Below, in pieces: positions 27,773 through 41,284 of a DNA stretch of 45,445 nt. The translations under genes were made by a program, and so were the position numbers. The stretch covers positions 1 to 45,445 of the forward strand of contig RHPI01000732.1 of NCBI GenBank assembly GCA_009103225.1, read 5' to 3'. Source of the DNA: Chlorokybus atmophyticus (taxonomy: Eukaryota; Plantae; Mesostigma and Chlorokybus algae). How positions within the stretch are numbered: the stretch's first letter is position 1; each line of letters begins with the position of its first letter. The notes below the pieces were generated by a model, which saw only the letters and a list, made by a program, of their open reading frames with translations, made no database searches and was not told the DNA's origin.

Positions 27773-30660
27773 TCACCCACCACGCACGAGGCACTGGTCC
27801 TTGAGTTGTGAGTGTAGTTGTTGTCGAAACCCCATAAAACAACTGATTCCTTCTGCATAGACGCACGTAGTTCGTAGTTTTGCAAGCAATGCACGCAAGT
27901 TGTACACCTCAGCCACCATTGTCATCATCCATTTTGTAAAGTCAATGACAAAGTGCTCCATGTATAGTCAGCCTGTTGTAGCGCTCCAACTGGGCCACCA
28001 CCACGTCCATCTTTGCTGACTTGGCAATGTCGGAGCTGACATGGGGTGCCTTGCAATGCTATATGCCTGCATACATTGGCATGGTAAACTTATCATACAC
28101 CGTGGTTGCCAGAGCATCACCTGTTTTAAGAAATGAGCATGCCTAGACTGTGGATAGTATGGCACTTGGTCATTAACCGCTGTACACGACAACTTGAAGG
28201 TTACTATAGTCTGTGGGTAGATGCCACCACCCAAGGCGTCAGGGTGCAGATACATTAAAGACACGAAGTCATGCATTTCCACAATTAGGAGGTCATCCCA
28301 CAAACCGCAACATACTGCAAACCTTTTTCAGGAACAGGGGTCTGTCGAGTAATGGTTGTGCTTTGCGCACCCAAGCCAACTTGAATGAGAGTAAGATGTC
28401 GTTGGCGATGATGACATCAGCATTGATGCAAGTAAACAATATTGTTCCCCGTCGGAATGCCTATGACTTCAAGCTGACGGTGCCCTTCATTTGCGGCTGA
28501 TTGTACGTACAAGGTGTTGATTACAAACAACAACAAGTCATAAATCGAAGCATCTGTGAACCGTCTAGACCGTGTTTCCTCTTTGTCGAAATCAGCATTT
28601 TAAATTTGCGGCCATGACCAGGAGTGTGTGTATTGTTTCCGCGGCTGCATGGAAATGTTCAACATTGGTGCGCGGTGTTGTTGTTGTGCCACACTAAACA
28701 ACTCAACCAACAATGCTTGCATGCGATGAAGCAAATCAGCATGCTGCAAGTTAATATACAACGTTGTAATCAAAGGTGGACAGCAACATGGCATGTTGCT
28801 TATCTGACTGTGTGCGGGAGGTATTGAAGTACTCCTACAGACGCGTAAAACCCGACAAGTCTTTTATTACCCAATTGATGTGGACTTGTGGGTCTTGCAC
28901 ACATTGTGCCCACAACATGTCCGTGAAAGGTGCCAACACTTTAGTAACCCTGTTCAACCAGATAGAGGCATCAATCAAATTGGTTTGAAAAGCAGCTGCA
29001 ATGAAGCCTAGACTTTGGCGATGTCTTATGCATAGGACATGCATTTTGCCCATTTGGTAAAAGTGTGGCAACATGGGCGCCATGCCTGCCACGGTGCTCG
29101 TGAAACCATTAGCCATGTTAGAAGCATCGTGAGCAGCTATGATGTCAGACATGGGCAATTGTACAGGTTGATACATTGGTGTACTCAGCTCATGGCGCAG
29201 CTGCTGCAAGTACAACTTGTTGCATATGACAGAGAAGTTCCCAGCTGCTGTGTCCACCTGAGTCACACAAACGACTTTTGAAAGTGTTACAGCTGGAGGT
29301 AATAAGAGGCCGTTAGGTTACAACTTAATGCATCAGATGTGGGTTGCGAAACTGTGTTAAGATCTTGCTGCAATTGTGTGGCCAGACACTCGCGCAACAC
29401 CGCCATGACCTCTGTCACTCATGCCATCAACATGCCGGCTTGCGTGTTAACTGTTTGTAAACTTGCCACAAAATCTACCAGCCCATGTTCAAGTGCCACC
29501 AAGCATGCAGGTATACTGTTGCAATAGCAGGTGGTCTGAGTTTCGTACCATGCTGCAACAGCACACGGAGAGTGGGACTTATATCAAGTTGTGACCCAAT
29601 TGCGGATTAACAAATCTTTGATACCATGGCAACAAACAAGCACACCCACCCTCAATGCATGCTAACTGCAGCTGAGCTGTGTGTTCTATGACCATTACTG
29701 AGCGGTTAAACACTGCTATGCCCAATGTGAGCTTATACTGACATGGTACGACAGGATCCACCCACGTTAAGCAGGTGGTTCAGAATGCGTATACGCACTC
29801 GTGGCAATGCAAAGACTTGTGGCAAATTTAGCTCATCAGCAGCTTGTGAGAGAAAGCGACACGCAACGACAATCGTGCTCTTATCTCTTGTAGAGCGTTG
29901 AGGTTGCAGTTGGTGGAGTGCTTTCAAGATGTTGGCGCGCAGCGCCTCTGCCTTGCTGGGTTGCAACTCTAACTCCTGTGGTGGGTTGTACTGCAAGAGG
30001 CTGAGCATACGGTACAAGTTGCGTGTGTTGTACGTCAACATCATGTCAAATAGAAACAATCTCGTTAACATGCATTGCTGCAAGTACAGCAACCGCCTTT
30101 TGAAACCCCTTGAAGCATAAGTGCCAGGTCGCAGAGCTCGTGGATGCTGCTTGTACCCTTCTGCTCTGTCTCACATCTGCACTTCTGCTTTGCTGGCCTT
30201 GGTGCGCTTGCGGTAACATCCTGCATGCTCCTGGTTGAAGCCGTGTGGCCGCTTGGACATAAACACTTGAATCCAACTGCGTTCACAATCTTTTACACGC
30301 TGATGCCAAGCAATCATCAGTTTTGCCAAGAGACAGAGGCAATGCTCAATTGGTGAAATGCCCATGAACTCAAACCGTTTTTGCGCATGTGCAGCTCTAA
30401 AGAGGTGGCTTCCTCGCTATCTCCCTTCCTTCCACCAGTGTTGGCGGAAACGCTCATATGCCGTGTGTTTTATGAGTCCCACATAGCATGCTTTGTTGCC
30501 ATTGGTTTGATACATGACATAAATGACACGTGTGCAATATGTGGGACTGCGATGTTGTGTGCACATGCTTCAAGCGTTGTAAGAAACGCTTACGGATTTT
30601 GTCATGGATCCAGGTTGTGGGGGTGCGTTTGCTGTTGATGTAGTGCCTCTCGCAGATGGC
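27773..30660 (-). mobile_element. Decayed Penelope-like retroelement with N-terminal GIY-YIG, CxC linker and RT (Naiad/Chlamys clade, Chlamys-like)
   Basis: Minus strand, in order: VIYVMY...ACYVGLIKHTAYERFRQH and ERSWIQVFMSKRPHGFNQE (GIY-YIG, ~30527-30220); GCACLLPWYQRFVNPQLGH then LRVLLQHGTKLRP (CxC linker); VDTAAGNFSVICNKLYLQQLRHEL; TTLYINLQHADL; IGIPTG; RFV-DDLL (catalytic, +1 frameshift). Many stops and frameshifts. Confidence 0.85.
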
Positions 30661-30938
30661 CCTTCTAATGTCATGCCACTACTGCGAGGATGATTGCTAG
30701 GCATGTTGTGCTCACTAATGCGTCTACAGACCCAACCTCAGTCCTCAAACAGCCCTAAACAAGGCAGCAACAACCAAAATAACAAAAGCACAGTAACAAA
30801 CACTGTGGGCCACAAGGACATTGATCAAAGCTACAAGGGCAATGATCCGCACAGCAGCAGTGTATGAGTGTATGTACAACAAAGGCGATGTAGTGATGTG
30901 CGTGTGTTATCGATGGTCGTCGTTGGCGTGTGACAGTC

Positions 30939-30944
<6 letters not shown>

Positions 30945-30970
<26 letters not shown>
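30945..30970. repeat. (TG)n microsatellite ~300 bp upstream of the recognisable Penelope-like ORF
   Basis: Directly visible. Confidence 0.95.
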
Positions 30971-31536
30971 CGTGCGGACGAGCGTGATAGTGTGGGATAG
31001 CAGACTATACGAACATGTGCATGTGTGCACATGTTTGAAGTAGTAGTGTCCCTTTCATGTAAAGGACTACATTGCGCCGTTCACAGCCAAGTTGCTTGAG
31101 ACAACGCAACAGAGGACCTATCCATTGATGATATGGCCATCAAGGCGCCAAAACCAGAGGTAGCACACAACCTTGACCATCGGTTGTGCAGGTCCATAGG
31201 CAATATTGACACACGCGAGTAAGTGTCCATGTATTGCATGGCGGACAATCATCCCAATGTGTAGTGGAGTGTAATTAGCGCGGTCACAAGCCCACTATAT
31301 GTATACACATGTACACGCCTTATATAGTGCACCTAGCGATGCAGGTGGTGTTGCAATCGCTTGCAAGCCCACCTGCTTTCAAAATCCCCAACCTCTAATA
31401 GCAAAATGCACACAATCCAATGCATTTTTACAGTTGCCTAATCCTGGAAGGATCACACCAAACCCACACAGCAAAAATCAAACCTCATACTGCAATCTAC
31501 CCACTAACGCGACACACACGCGGGTCGCTGCCACAA

Positions 31537-34500
31537 TCAGGCGGCACATGCGGATATGCCGGCAGGTGTTTGTGTCGCCCGAAAGAGGTTGCCCACATCC
31601 GTCGCGCTGAGTGTCCCTTTGTACACGCGCACGTCCCGGATCTTGCCTTGCCAGAAGCTGGACACCGCACCCGTCGTGTAACCGCCCCTCGCGCCTGCAA
31701 CAACAACGTTGGTGTGCGGGTGCATCTGTGTACACGCATGCGTGCGTGCATACGTGCATGCATCTATGTGCGCATCTGCATGTGTGCTGTAACTCAATCA
31801 ACTGGTTCAGATAACCCCTCAATACCTATTGACCAGCCCGCAGCGCTGACAAATTTGGCAACGTTTCCCACGCTTCCATAGGCTGACGCAACGAGGGTGG
31901 CGTTGCGGTACACGCGCCACCCATTGGTCAGGTCCCAAGTGCCCACCAGATGCACCCACTTGTTCACATCAACCGCGTAGTTGTTGGTACCTGCCAAGAG
32001 TTGTTGTCTGGGAAATCCCGCAATGTGCACTGTCACATCCCAACATGAATGAAAACAATTCTTACTTGCAACAAACAGTCTGCTGGAGTCTTTCTGATAG
32101 CTGGAGCCGCTTTGCCAGCGCGGGCCTCCGTTCAGCACATCCGCGTTCTGCGCGCGACACAACATACACATTAGGGCAAGACACAGCCCCGATTGCGTGG
32201 TGACATGCTCAATGAGATGTGAGCCACGTATGCGACACACACTCCACCTTGGCTCTGAGTGTGACCTCCGATGCGGTGCGGCTGTTCTGATTAATCTCAC
32301 TCTTGTCGATGATACAATGCCACGGGTGCGCCTCGTTGGTACTCGTGCGGCTGAGGAAGAAGGTGCTGGGTTGCACCCAAGCAGCAAACGACACCGGCCC
32401 ACTACACACAGAAGTTAGTGTGTGATTGATCAAACATGCACCCAACATACGTACTCGAAGTTGAGTTTGGTGGGGTTGCCAAGGTCGATCCACCGGTTGT
32501 TGCCGAAGACCGCGCCCGAGTCACCGGTCTGCATCGTGGAGTCGGAGTAGAAGCCGATGGCGTCGGTACCGTACCCGCTGTAGTCGAATGCTTTGGTGCA
32601 GAATAATTCGTTGAGCTTCCACCAACCTACTAGTATCGCACCGCCAACTGCATACCACACGCATATGACATGAGCCACATGTTGACCCAACATCATCTCC
32701 TATGCGCGTGCACACACACATGTGCGGGTGTGCGCACACATGTCCGGGTGCGCATGTCCATGTGTGTCACACGCAGACGCACACACGCACATACGCACAC
32801 AGACGTGCGCGCACACCCACATCCACACAGGCACAGATGCACCCGTGCACTCGCACACACCTACGCGCATACAAGCGCACACCCACATGTTTTTACGCAT
32901 ACACACCTGGTGTGGGCGGGAAGATGTAGCCTTCAACGCTGTTGGCTGCCGTGGGCACGCCGCCGTAAGCATAGAGTGTTGCCGCAGACGCAACAAGCGC
33001 AAAGTACGCCCTCGGCACTTTGAGCGATGGTATGCGTCCTCGCCACGTGTTGGTGACGGCATCAAACTCCTCCACCACATTGCTGAGTATGTGTTCCTCG
33101 AGCGTCACGCCTCCCGCGACCCACACGCGGTATCCGTACGCTGCCGCTGCGGCCCCGAGCCGTTGCGTGGGCATGGTGGGTATGCTGGCGAAAGTCCCCG
33201 CGTTGATGTTGTACTTGTACGCAGTTCTGTCCCCCGGGTTGGCCGTGAACAAGTACACATACCCACCTATCATGACACTCGCACCCTCGAAGTAAGGCAC
33301 GCCGGGAGACGTGACAACCTTCCACGAGTACGCCAACGTGGTCGGGTTTTGTTGCATACAATCCACCGTTAGCTTCGGCACCGTGGCCGTGTTGCGCCCT
33401 CTCACCACAAAGTCCACATTCACAATCCCACCCGTGACGGCCCCGACAACATTATCACCTCCCACCACGCACGGAAGCGCGTTGACAACAAACGTGGCGT
33501 GTCCGTAGCGCGGCGTGAGCATGTTGGGATACGCTTTCCACGTGTTGGCATCAACACTAAGAGCTTGCACGTTGGCCAACACGCTGAGACTCGTAGAAGC
33601 GAGTCCACCCGTGAGAAACACAACACCCTCGCCGTTGTTGGTGGCGGCAGGGAGGACTGCACCCGTGAGGAGGTTGGCCACGCTGAACCCGCCCTCGATG
33701 CGGTCGTGCGTGAACGCCGTGGTGGGCGTGCCCGTCCCACCAAAGAACAACATCTCGGTGCCGTACGCGGCGTAACCCGCGTTGAGCTTCACGACGGGAA
33801 GCGTCACAGGCAACACGCTCCAAAAGAACTGCACATGTGTCGTGAACGAGGTCAGGTTGGATGACACGTTTCACAGGCACGCATACACGTGCAGAGAGCC
33901 ACCGACACTACACTCTCACCTTGGTCGCGGGCCGAATCCCACCCGCCTCGTATATAATCTTCGGCCCGCCATCCGGCAGACTTGACGTCTGCGCAACAAC
34001 ACCTGCGTGCGACACAACAACCCAACCATAAGCGCGTGTACACATATGATTATGAGTCGTCTCTCCCGTGTGCCTCACCATTTGAGAGTAGTGCCTGCAC
34101 GAGTCCCGCGCCGTTGCCTGCTGCGGCGTTGATGAGTTTGTTGCGCACGTCGGGGGCCGACTCCGCCGCCACCACGATCGCGTACGTGAGCTCGATCGTC
34201 ACTGTCGAGTCCGTTTGAAGCAAGTGACGCGTCGGGATGAGGATTGAACTCCCTTCACTTGTGAGAGAGTCTTCAACGTCGTGTTCAATGGTGAAATCAG
34301 AAGTGAGCTCCAGCAGACGCCTGCTTATGATCGTGTTCATGTTGGGACTTGTTGCTGGCGGGAGTGCGTGTGCGTGTGCGTGTCCGAGTGCGTGTGCGTT
34401 AGGTGTGCTAATTCATGTATACACGTGTTTGGTCACACCTTGTTCTGGCCCTGTGTCGTGACCCGCCGCATCCCCTGGACCTCTTTCGTCTGCGCGTGCT

Positions 34501-37500
34501 CACGCCTCGCCGGATCTCCCTCGACAAGATGAGGCAGATATCGGACGCCCTACGTGAGTACATGTGTTTGGTTAGCTCGCAGATACGAGAGACAGAGGCC
34601 CAGTAGCACACACTCACCCCACTCCCGCGACGGTGGCGAGAGCCTCAGCGGAAACATCCACCTTTTCTTCAAAGGGTACGAGCTTGGACTCGAGCCCCGT
34701 GATCCACCACGTGCCGTTGACGATGGCCAGGCCATGCACAGGTACAGGAACGCTCGGCGGCGGCGCACTGGCACACGACATCATCATCGTGAATAGAGTC
34801 AGAAGCAAGGACCAAAGACTTGCACACCTATGGTCACATGTGTGCCTGCGTGCACAAGTGCATGTCCGCGCTGGCACGCATGCATATAGCTGACACACAT
34901 GCACGCTTGCACGCGCACACACGCACCCACATAGGCACGCACACGCACGCGCACACACGCAAGAGACAACCTTTCTGCATGCTTCCTTACCTTGGCGGTG
35001 GTGGCGATGGCGGTGGCGGTCTCTGCGTCCCCGTGCTCGAGCACGTGCTCCCGCACGAGCTCCCCGCCGCACTACTCTTATAACTCGCCGCTTCCCCCGC
35101 CGTTATAAACCCCCTGTACGCGTACAGGTTCGCCATGGAGTTGACGCACGACACGTACGCGGAGTGCGTGCCCCAGCAGCTGTTGGAGAAGTCCTTGGCG
35201 CAAGGGCAACGGTCGGGGACGGAACAACCGACGGGGTCCACGGGGTTCTCGGCCGGAGTGAAACGACACTCGTCGGCGGACTCCTTCACGCCATCGGAGT
35301 CGCCGTCCAAGCCTGAAACACAGAGTGTGGGGTGAGTAGTAGAGTGTGCAGTGTAAGAGACTGCGCAATAGAGTGTGCCCCAACTTTGCAAATCACACAC
35401 CAACACGCGCAGACGCACGCACGTGTGTGCACTTGCACTCATATGCGTGGATGTGAGCATGCATGCACAACACGTGCTCACGGAAGCGCATACGCTAGCA
35501 CTCTCAACCACACTCACACTCGCACGCATGCACTCACCGTTGCCAATGAACGTGCGTGCGTCGAGGAAGCCGTATCCGCCCCTGTAGTTGAAGCTCGAGC
35601 CCATGCGCACCGCGTTGGCTTGCATCGCAGTGATCAGTTGCCCGGGCTGCAAGAGAGACAACAAAAAGCAAGGTGAGAACAACAAATGGAGCACGTAAAG
35701 TGGACGAACGAGTGTGACGCGCGCGTACCGTGTATCTGCGGGAGCCGAGCATCAGTGCCGCCACGCCTGCCACGTGTGGCGCGGCCGCACTCGTGCCCGA
35801 GAAACCGAACTGCAAGTCGAGCGTGGTCGCGACACCATCGGGAGCCATCTGTTCGCAGTAACATTGTCATCGAGTTGATACAGAAAGACACACACACGCT
35901 TACACTATACGCACGACTGCATGCGAGCGCGCACGCACGCGCACACGTGCATGTATACGCGCGCACGCATGCATGCGCGGGCACACACCGCCCACCAACA
36001 CTCACGATGTCTGGCTTCCTGCGCGTGATGGGTGTGGCCAGCCTCGCCCCCGTGTTGGTGTTAAACATCACAGGCACTCCCCCGAGCCCCGAGAAGAAGT
36101 CCGGCTTGAGCGTGCCGCCGTAAGCGGGCGTGTCCTTCCAGAACACCGCACCCACACTCAACGCACCCGCCGCATTCGTGTGACCATACACAGTCGATCT
36201 ACGAGACACAACAACGATCGCAACCTCAATATGTGGACACGCCGAGGCCGACACAACAACTCGACACCACTCACGTGTCAAAGCCCACTGTGCCGGGTGC
36301 GGGCCCAACGTAATCGCCCTTCTGTCCCGCATCGTATATGGCCATGTATTTCATCATTGTGGGCGCGCGGCCGGCCTTGCGATGCACGACAATGTAGTTT
36401 GTGCACGACACGCCAAACGGAGCTGCAATGGAACAACGGGTACACATGTTGCTGTGTTGTGTGTGCTTTTCTCACTGCTCAGCTCATGAGGTCAACCATA
36501 TATAACAACCATACCTGGGCAGTAGACAGCAACCTTCTCAACAGGAGAGCCACCTGTACGCCAGTGAATATTATGTTGTGCATCAACTCAACAATGCCGT
36601 AGTTGGCAATATTTATGTGTGTGTATGTGTACCCGCAATGTTGTCATCGATGGACCTCGCGACGTGCCCCGTAGCGGAAGGGTTGAACACTGGCGGGTTC
36701 TTCAACAGATAGAGGTCCAGGTTGGTCTGTGGGCCTGCGCGATGAAACAAAAAGGGTGGGTGGCTTAACTACACTCGCACACGCACGTTGTAGTAACATG
36801 TGGCCTTGTTGTTGTTGTTGTTGTTGTTGTTGCAAGTATTACCTACATGGGCGGCATTGGCGCTCTTGAAGGGGTCATCCCACTGCAAGTGAGAAGTAAG
36901 TACAGCATGAGACACACATAACCACGCATGTGGCGATGTCATCTGAAAAATGCAACACAACCACAGTCCTTGCCTGTAGGACGAATGTGACGGTGCACTG
37001 GCCGCATATCGACACCTGCTGGTACCCGCTGAGCGCGTCCTCCGTCCCGAAATTAAAGACGGGGTACGCCCCAATGTTGGTCTGCCTCCAATTGGCCTGG
37101 AAGGAGTTGCCCGCATCGTTGCCTGCACATGGAGTCGGCATCACTTTCCTAATATACAGCTGCAGTAGATGGGTGCGTGAGTCGGTAGCTGCGTGTGTGC
37201 ACTCACCTGCGGCTGTCACATACAACGTCCCGCTGGCTTTGGCCCTGTCCACGGCTTGCGCCACAATGCCGTCACTGAACCATGGCTCCTGCGTGTGAGA
37301 TTCACCTCAGCGCACGTACACACATACATGCACACACGCTGGCACGAGCACTCGCTCACTGACTCACAAGTGCATACAGATGCCCTCCAAATACATATTA
37401 CAAATACGGTAGTGTCAACGGCTCACCTCGATGTACCCGACGTCATCCACGATGATGTCATGTTCGCTGGCCACCAGCTGGTTGATGGCATTCGCAAAGG

Positions 37501-38780
37501 CGCTCTCCCCGACGAAGCCCGTCTGGAAGGTCAGCTCCGCCATCGGCGCAACGTCATGGATGATCTGGGACACACAGGAGCATGTTGATGTTGGTGATGA
37601 CTACAACCCATGTGCGGGTATGATGATAGACACAACAACAACTTCTCTTACTTGCATCATCTTTCGGCCCTCGTCGGTGCCTTTCACGGGCGAAGTAGCG
37701 GGCAGCTCCTGCTTCAGGAATACAGATGCAGGCAGGTCGTTGTTGAGCACGTCATTATGCGCGCCACCCAGCGTGTTGTACGAGTCACTGTTTCACACAG
37801 AGAGAGTCACATCGTGGCATGCATAAAGACATTGTGTAACGTGTGGGCACGCGCGCACGGATGTGCTCCAGCGTGCGTAAGTAAGGGTGTGCGTGTGCGC
37901 TTGTCTATGCGGAATAACGAGAAGACGTAAAGTGCATGTTTGTATGGATGTACAAAGCTAACAAACATGTGTACGCATGCACATGGAGGCACTGTATATG
38001 CGCGTACACGTGTGTATGCAAATTGTTTGCACTTTGTTGCTTCGCATAGTACCTGATGACGCCAATGCTGATAGTATCCCCACAGAACCCATATCTATTA
38101 CGAACCAAGTCGGCAAACATCGCCTTGTCGCCCTGCGTCACAACCCTCCCCGTAATGCCACAGTAACCTGCACACCACACAACCCCACATGAATCACTCC
38201 CTCCCTCCCTCACCCACCCACCCGCCCGCCCACTCACCTCTGCTCACAGGTGTTGTCACATCCGCATGTCTCAGTCCCTCCACTTCCGCCAGCTTCCCCA
38301 CATTCTCCACAGGCATGATCCCCGAGTAGTGTCCGTCGACCCTCCCCGTGGCGTTGAAGCCCAGGGACGACAGGGAGGACTCGAGGTGGGAGAGAGAGGC
38401 GGAGGGGTGGGCGTGGAGGGAGAGGAGGAGGTGGGAAGAACCGGAGGGGAAGAAAGGGACCTGGTGGAGTGGAGTGGGTAGGTGGGTGGGTGGGTGGGTG
38501 GGTGGGGGAGAGAGAGTGTGTGTCTCTTACTTGGCGGGTTTCGTGGGGGGTTTCTTGGTCGTGGAGTTGTTGGGTTTCGAGGAGTTTGTGGCGGGGTTGG
38601 GTGTGGTGGGCGTACTCGTGGAGTAGTGCCGAGCTCAGGTGGGGGGCAGCATGTTGGCCTGGTGAGAGGAGAATTGTATGCATTTGTTTGTGTGTGAAAT
38701 ATATGCATGGTGCGGGTGAGCATACCCACAGCAACCACAACGAGTGCAATTGCGACAGGAACAGGAGAGCGACAACCCAT
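31537..38780 (-). CDS. Secreted multidomain subtilase (~1461 aa, 26 exons): prodomain, S8/S53-like protease, TSP3-like Cys-rich module, Pro-rich linker, RRLL-containing spacer, Kelch propeller, LamG-like domain
   Basis: Hand-spliced exons give 4386 nt in frame: 38780-38726, 38658-38531, 38460-38238, 38167-38053, 37787-37652, 37564-37427, 37288-37207, 37122-36974, 36882-36843, 36734-36633, 36553-36515, 36422-36275, 36198-36006, 35848-35729, 35646-35538, 35312-34991, 34767-34618, 34549-34439, 34347-34079, 34002-33920, 33828-32907, 32647-32455, 32401-32248, 32147-32066, 31990-31826, 31694-31537. Motifs: IGVISDSYN, GTDEGRKMMQIIHDVAP, AAGN, RKPDIMAPDG, FSGTSAAAPHVAGVAALM; DGDSDGVKESADEC; PPPPSPPPP; Kelch GG/W repeats; LVGWWKLNE...KWVHLVGTWD...WQGKIRDVRVY. 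Junctions at 34618-34347 are the least certain. Confidence 0.88.
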
Positions 38781-41284
38781 CAAGAAAACGTTTCCATTCA
38801 CGAAGGCCACCACCGCCGACAACAACGCCGACGACAATGACGACGGACCAGTAAAAAGGTTAAGCAAAGGTTGACGCCGGTCACACCAACAAATGCAACC
38901 ACAACAGCGGCAGCGGCATTAGCGATGGCAATGACGTCAGCAATGCCAAGCAATGACGACTATCATAGCAATGAGCTACGACGACGACAGCAGCCAATCA
39001 CTCCAAGCAGCCAGCCAAACTTGCACGTTTGTCGGCAGCCACTGACCTTCAGTCTGCGGCAGATCGCCACCGCCGGCTACAACCTGCACGACAAGAAGCA
39101 GGAGGAGGAACACCGCCACCAACGGCGGTGGCAACCGCAGCCACACCTGCATCGCGCTTGCCGCTGGTGACGACACACCAAACCTCTGGGCTAACACCAC
39201 TACTTTAACACTACGCCATCCAGACGCTCACGCACCGATACTCCCGAGAAACATTCACGCATGCAAGTAGTATGTAGTAAGCCTAGCCCAAACTTAATTC
39301 ACTGCTTGTACTGCCTCTTCAGGGACTGATGTGACCCACAACATACCATATGCACGCCGTGTTGCTCTGTCGCCCGCGGACTGACCACCCACCCACCCAC
39401 CCACCCACCCCGCGGCTCACACAAAGGTGAAGGCGGCGGCGGCGGAGTCAGTCAGTCCATGAGAGATAAAGTCAGTAGAGGCATTGTAGATTTCTCGGCG
39501 CGTGCTTTCTCGCCGAGCTATCGCGTGTGTCGTGACATGCTGCAGCAACCTGTGGAAGGGTGGAACCCGTCGGTAGGGACGGCGCTTGAGGTCCCTAGCT
39601 GAGGATGTATTAAAGTTAACATGGCGCGTGGCGAGCCGGGAGTGGCAAGTGACTGCTCAGGTGCTAGCAGGCGGGTTGCCAGGGGCCGTTCTTTCTGCTG
39701 CTTTGCTGGATTTGGTAAAGGTACGAACGTAGTAAAACTGCAGTACGTCCTCAATCATGTATGTGGCGCGCGGAATTATGGTCGCCAGACTGCGGCGCGG
39801 CTGAGTCAGCGAGAGGTGGCGGCGACGAAACCATGCCGTGACACTTTCACTTGCTGTGAGCCTGCCCTCGTTAAGAGGTAGCACGGAGGGGGGTTTTAGT
39901 GAGCCGGTTTTAGGCCCTGCGGCTTAACGAAGACCTCGTATTGCCTTAACACCAAAACGCGCGACGTGTTAGGGCCGAGTTTTAGGCCGGTACACTAAAA
40001 CCTCGTACGCCTCCACTAAACCTCGTCAAGGGCACAGTTAGTGCCCACTTTCATGGATGATTAGGATTTCGCGGTCTTTTTAGGGTTACGTCGCTGCCTC
40101 TGGCGCCACATTTTCGTGTGAGGCGCCCTGGTTGTTGCGGGCAGCATGGAGGGCTCTGGTGAGGACGGCGGCGGGGATGGTGGCGATGGTGGGGTTTGGC
40201 AGCAGACCTTTGGAGGGGGGGCTAGCGGCAACTGGCACGCCCCTTCTGCTACTGTTTGTCAGCCAGGAGGCCCTGCAGGCGGCAGTGGACATGCGTCGCA
40301 GTCAGGCCATGTGGGAGGCTTCAACATCCCCTCCGACCAGCAGCAACGTGGTCAGGCAGGAGCTTCAGGTGGTGGTGAGTACATGGGCGGCTTTGCCATC
40401 CCCGCCGATTAGCAAGTAAGCCGTCAGCAACTCACAGTTGCGCACTGCACTGCGCAGTCTCGCTTTGACGGTAAACTTGCAGGCAGGAGCATCAGGGTTT
40501 ACTTCACAACAACCTCCAGCTGGTGCATTTTGTGTCACTCCTCCAACATGCAAGTAAGCAAGAAGAATGTGTGGTTGTTGTGCTTGTTAACCCGTTTTGT
40601 TTACAAAGCCATTACAACAATGGCAGCATTAGCATGTTAGCACTATGCTTGTGCTGAACAATGCTTGCATAGTGACACTATATTAGCACATGCAACTGGA
40701 TTGGCTAAGGCATGTATTTTGCAAATGGGGTTAACTACAGCCAGCTCAATGCTCAACTTCAAACTCACGCGGACCCTGTGCAAAGAACATTCCCTACCAA
40801 CCAATAGGAGGATCCTCTATTGTCTTCAACAACGTCAAAATCACAGCCTGCGCCTAAGGCACCACCTAAACGAGATAACATATCCGTCATGCAAGCCACT
40901 GTGCATTAGCATGACAACAATGCCTGACTATCCATGCATGCAGCTCGCGCAAAGAAGCAGCCTGCTGCGGCTCACACTTAAGAAGCCAAGCGTGTTCGTC
41001 TTAATGACTGGACAGTGGATGACTGTCTCAAGCTGGTGCAAGGTAAGTACGACGTCAAGAGCGCCATCAAAGCAGGTGGTGCAAAGTTTAAAATAAAGAC
41101 AGCAATTACACGTTGGAAGAAAGTAGTAAAGTGTTGTGAGAATGACTGCAGTGAGAACTTCGCTTAGTGGCGCAATGCAGAGCCTTGCAAATCAAAGTGA
41201 GAGTTGTTGTCAATGTGCATAACTTTGCCAGCAGCTTGCCTCTGTACATACAATGTGCGTGGCATCTGTTGTTGTGTACATGCG

